Positions 61,683 to 64,000 of a DNA stretch of 64,000 nucleotides are shown one piece after another. The position numbers and the translations under genes are program-made. Source of the stretch: Octopus sinensis (Eukaryota); assembly GCF_006345805.1 (NCBI RefSeq), contig NC_043000.1, positions 92,814,001 to 92,878,000 of the forward strand, read 5' to 3'. The number at the start of each line of letters is the position of its first letter. Position 1 is the stretch's first letter. Below the pieces are notes generated by a model. It was not told the origin of the DNA and did no database searches. It worked only from the letters and a program-made list of their open reading frames with translations.

Positions 61683-62251
61683 ACATAAAAAATGATAACA
61701 ATAATGATGTGACTTTGTTTGAATTCATGAAAAAAATAATTTCCGTGAATTATCTCCCTTACACACTAACTATGGCATTACACTCCTTTGTGTTGTGCAT
61801 AGGAATTTTATCCATAATCATTGATATAAACATATGGAGATGTCACATCTTGTATCATGTATGTGTATCTAAAAGCTGGTGCATAGCAATTTCAATGGAA
61901 ATATTTGGTGCTAGTATAATCTATGTAATATTGAAGATATATTGAATGCATTATGTGAAGCTTAGATATTGTGAAATGAAAACTAAATATGTATAGTGTG
62001 TCATGTGTACATTTGTGTATGTGCCTGTGTGCATCTGTGTATGTGTAGGGAATTCTATGTGTGTGTACAAAACACCATGCATTTCTACATAGGTGTTTAT
62101 ATGGGTGTATATATGCTTGTATTTGTGTGTATATTGTGGAGTGTGGGAATGTATGTCATATTCCATTCATCAGGTTGATTAGCTTAAGCTGTTGGTGCAG
62201 ATAATTCATTTAAACATCAACTGGCTATGTGTGTGTGTGTGTATGTGTATG

Positions 62252-62285
<34 letters not shown>

Positions 62286-62486
62286 CAACTAAGTATATCA
62301 GGACACATGCTTGAAGACTTCTATGTGTGAATGACTGAGTGAGTGTAAGCTTGTGTGTGTGCGTGTGGGTGTATGTGTGTATGTGTGAGTGTGTACATAT
62401 GTGTATGAAATATTTACATAAGTGTAGTCAGCCATCCATACTTTCATGTGGAAGCATATGTATGTATTTGTATGTGTGTGTATGTA

Positions 62487-62520
<34 letters not shown>

Positions 62521-63758
62521 TACACACACATATATGTATATGATATAGTATATAAGAATATGTATATGTGTATATATGTAAATATTTTTATGGATATGCA
62601 TATATATATATATATGTGTGTGTATGTATATATGTGTGTGCGCATGTGTATGTATGTATGTGCGTGTGTGAGCACACAGATATGTACAAGGTTACACACA
62701 TATTTATTCATAAAGTTGTTATGATAATAAGTATAATAATTATATTGACTGAGATGAAAGATGTGTACTAGACTTGAAGGACAAACTATATTCAGATTAA
62801 TTTGAATATAATGTCTATACAAAGTTATGAAGTTGTCTCACAGAATTTCTGACAAATTTCCCTATATTTAAAACTTGTTTCTACAGCACATCCTCCCCAA
62901 CACACACATTTATATTTTGACATACAAATGAGAGAAAAATTACTCAATACATGTAAAAGAGTATATCTTATTTGAATCTCTGGCATTTTTTCCAGTTTTT
63001 TGTTCTGAGTTCATATTACCGTTCATCAAATATTGAATTTGATGTAATTGACTTTCCCTTCCTGTTGAAAGCTGGTGAACGTGTGGCAAAATTCGAAACC
63101 TCTATCATAAGACTCATACATTCAGAGTAGTGTCTTCATGTTGATTGCTATGGTCACAATGTTTTAGCAGTTATAAGATTTTGGGTTTCTACAGATGCTT
63201 CTTGGGTTTAGAAACCTAACTGAAATTTCTAAGATGTAAGATGATACTGTTCATCATCATGATGTTGTTCCTCTCTTCTCTTCCAGATCTGTCTCTTGTC
63301 ACCTCCTTTTTCCTGGGCCACCTCTCTCTCTATCTCTTCCTTTCTCAGTCTTTGTCTCTTGCACTCTCTCTCTCTCTCTCTCACTCACTCTCTTTATCTC
63401 TCACGCTTTATCTCTATCTCCCACTTTCTCAGTCTTTGTCTCTTGCATTCTCTCTCTTTCACTCACTCTTTATCTCTCACTCTCTCACTCTCTCTCACTC
63501 TCACACTTTCCCTCACTTTATCTCTCTCCCTCTCACACACACATTGCTCCACTCTTCCATATTGATGTTCATCATGAACCATACCTCCACCCTTGTTCAT
63601 CACTCATTGCATTCACCTCTACCCTCATCTCAAAGTATCCACTACACTGCTCTCACACTGTCATGAAATTATTCACCCTTTCTCTACCCCAATACCTCCA
63701 TCAATCCATTATCTTATATTCTTTCTTATACTCACCTTTTTGGACCTTGAGAGTTTTA

Positions 63759-63988
63759 TTCTTATTTCTTTACTGCCCTCAAGGGGCTAAACATAGAGGG
63801 GACAAACAAGGACAGACAAAGGGATTAAGTCGATTACATTGACCCCAGTGCATAACTGGTACTTAATTTATTGACCCCAAAAGAATGAAAGGCAAAGTCA
63901 ACCTCGGCAGAATTTGAACTCAGAATGTAGCGACATGTGAAATACTGCTAAGCATTTTACCCGGTGTGCTAACGATTCTGCCAGCTCA
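63759..63988 (-). mobile_element. SINE family B monomer
   Basis: ttcttatttctttactgccctcaagggg..gattctgccagctca. Confidence 0.92.
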
Positions 63989-64000
63989 AACCTGTAATTT

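Overview
Eukaryotic, AT-rich, repeat-dominated genomic DNA with one 100-N scaffold gap (28853-28952). The SINE/LINE families and the density of (TA)n, (GA)n, (TTA)n and (CAT)n tracts point to an octopod cephalopod; this is inferred from remembered repeat families, not from a search. No host protein-coding gene could be confidently identified, and almost all of the supplied ORF track is microsatellite read-through. Supported content: four tRNA-headed SINE families (labelled A-D here) plus a LINE-tailed family G; fragments of RTE, CR1 and R4/Dong-type LINEs; Penelope-like terminal pieces with decayed minimal hammerhead motifs; a near full-length decayed mariner split by a SINE; a Tc1-type transposase with DD36E spacing; a fused two-transposase relic; piggyBac-type TTAA MITEs; Helitron-like elements; many foldback MITEs and hairpins; and a near-identical 1.3-kb tandem duplication. 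The most interesting signals are a 313-bp TTAA-flanked piggyBac-like mini-element built like an exon trap, the DD36E transposase, several independent hammerhead relics, and a roughly 2.6-kb block of nested inverted repeats next to a strong minus-strand splice donor. A few unique islands contain candidate exons, all unverified. All alignments and counts were done by eye.
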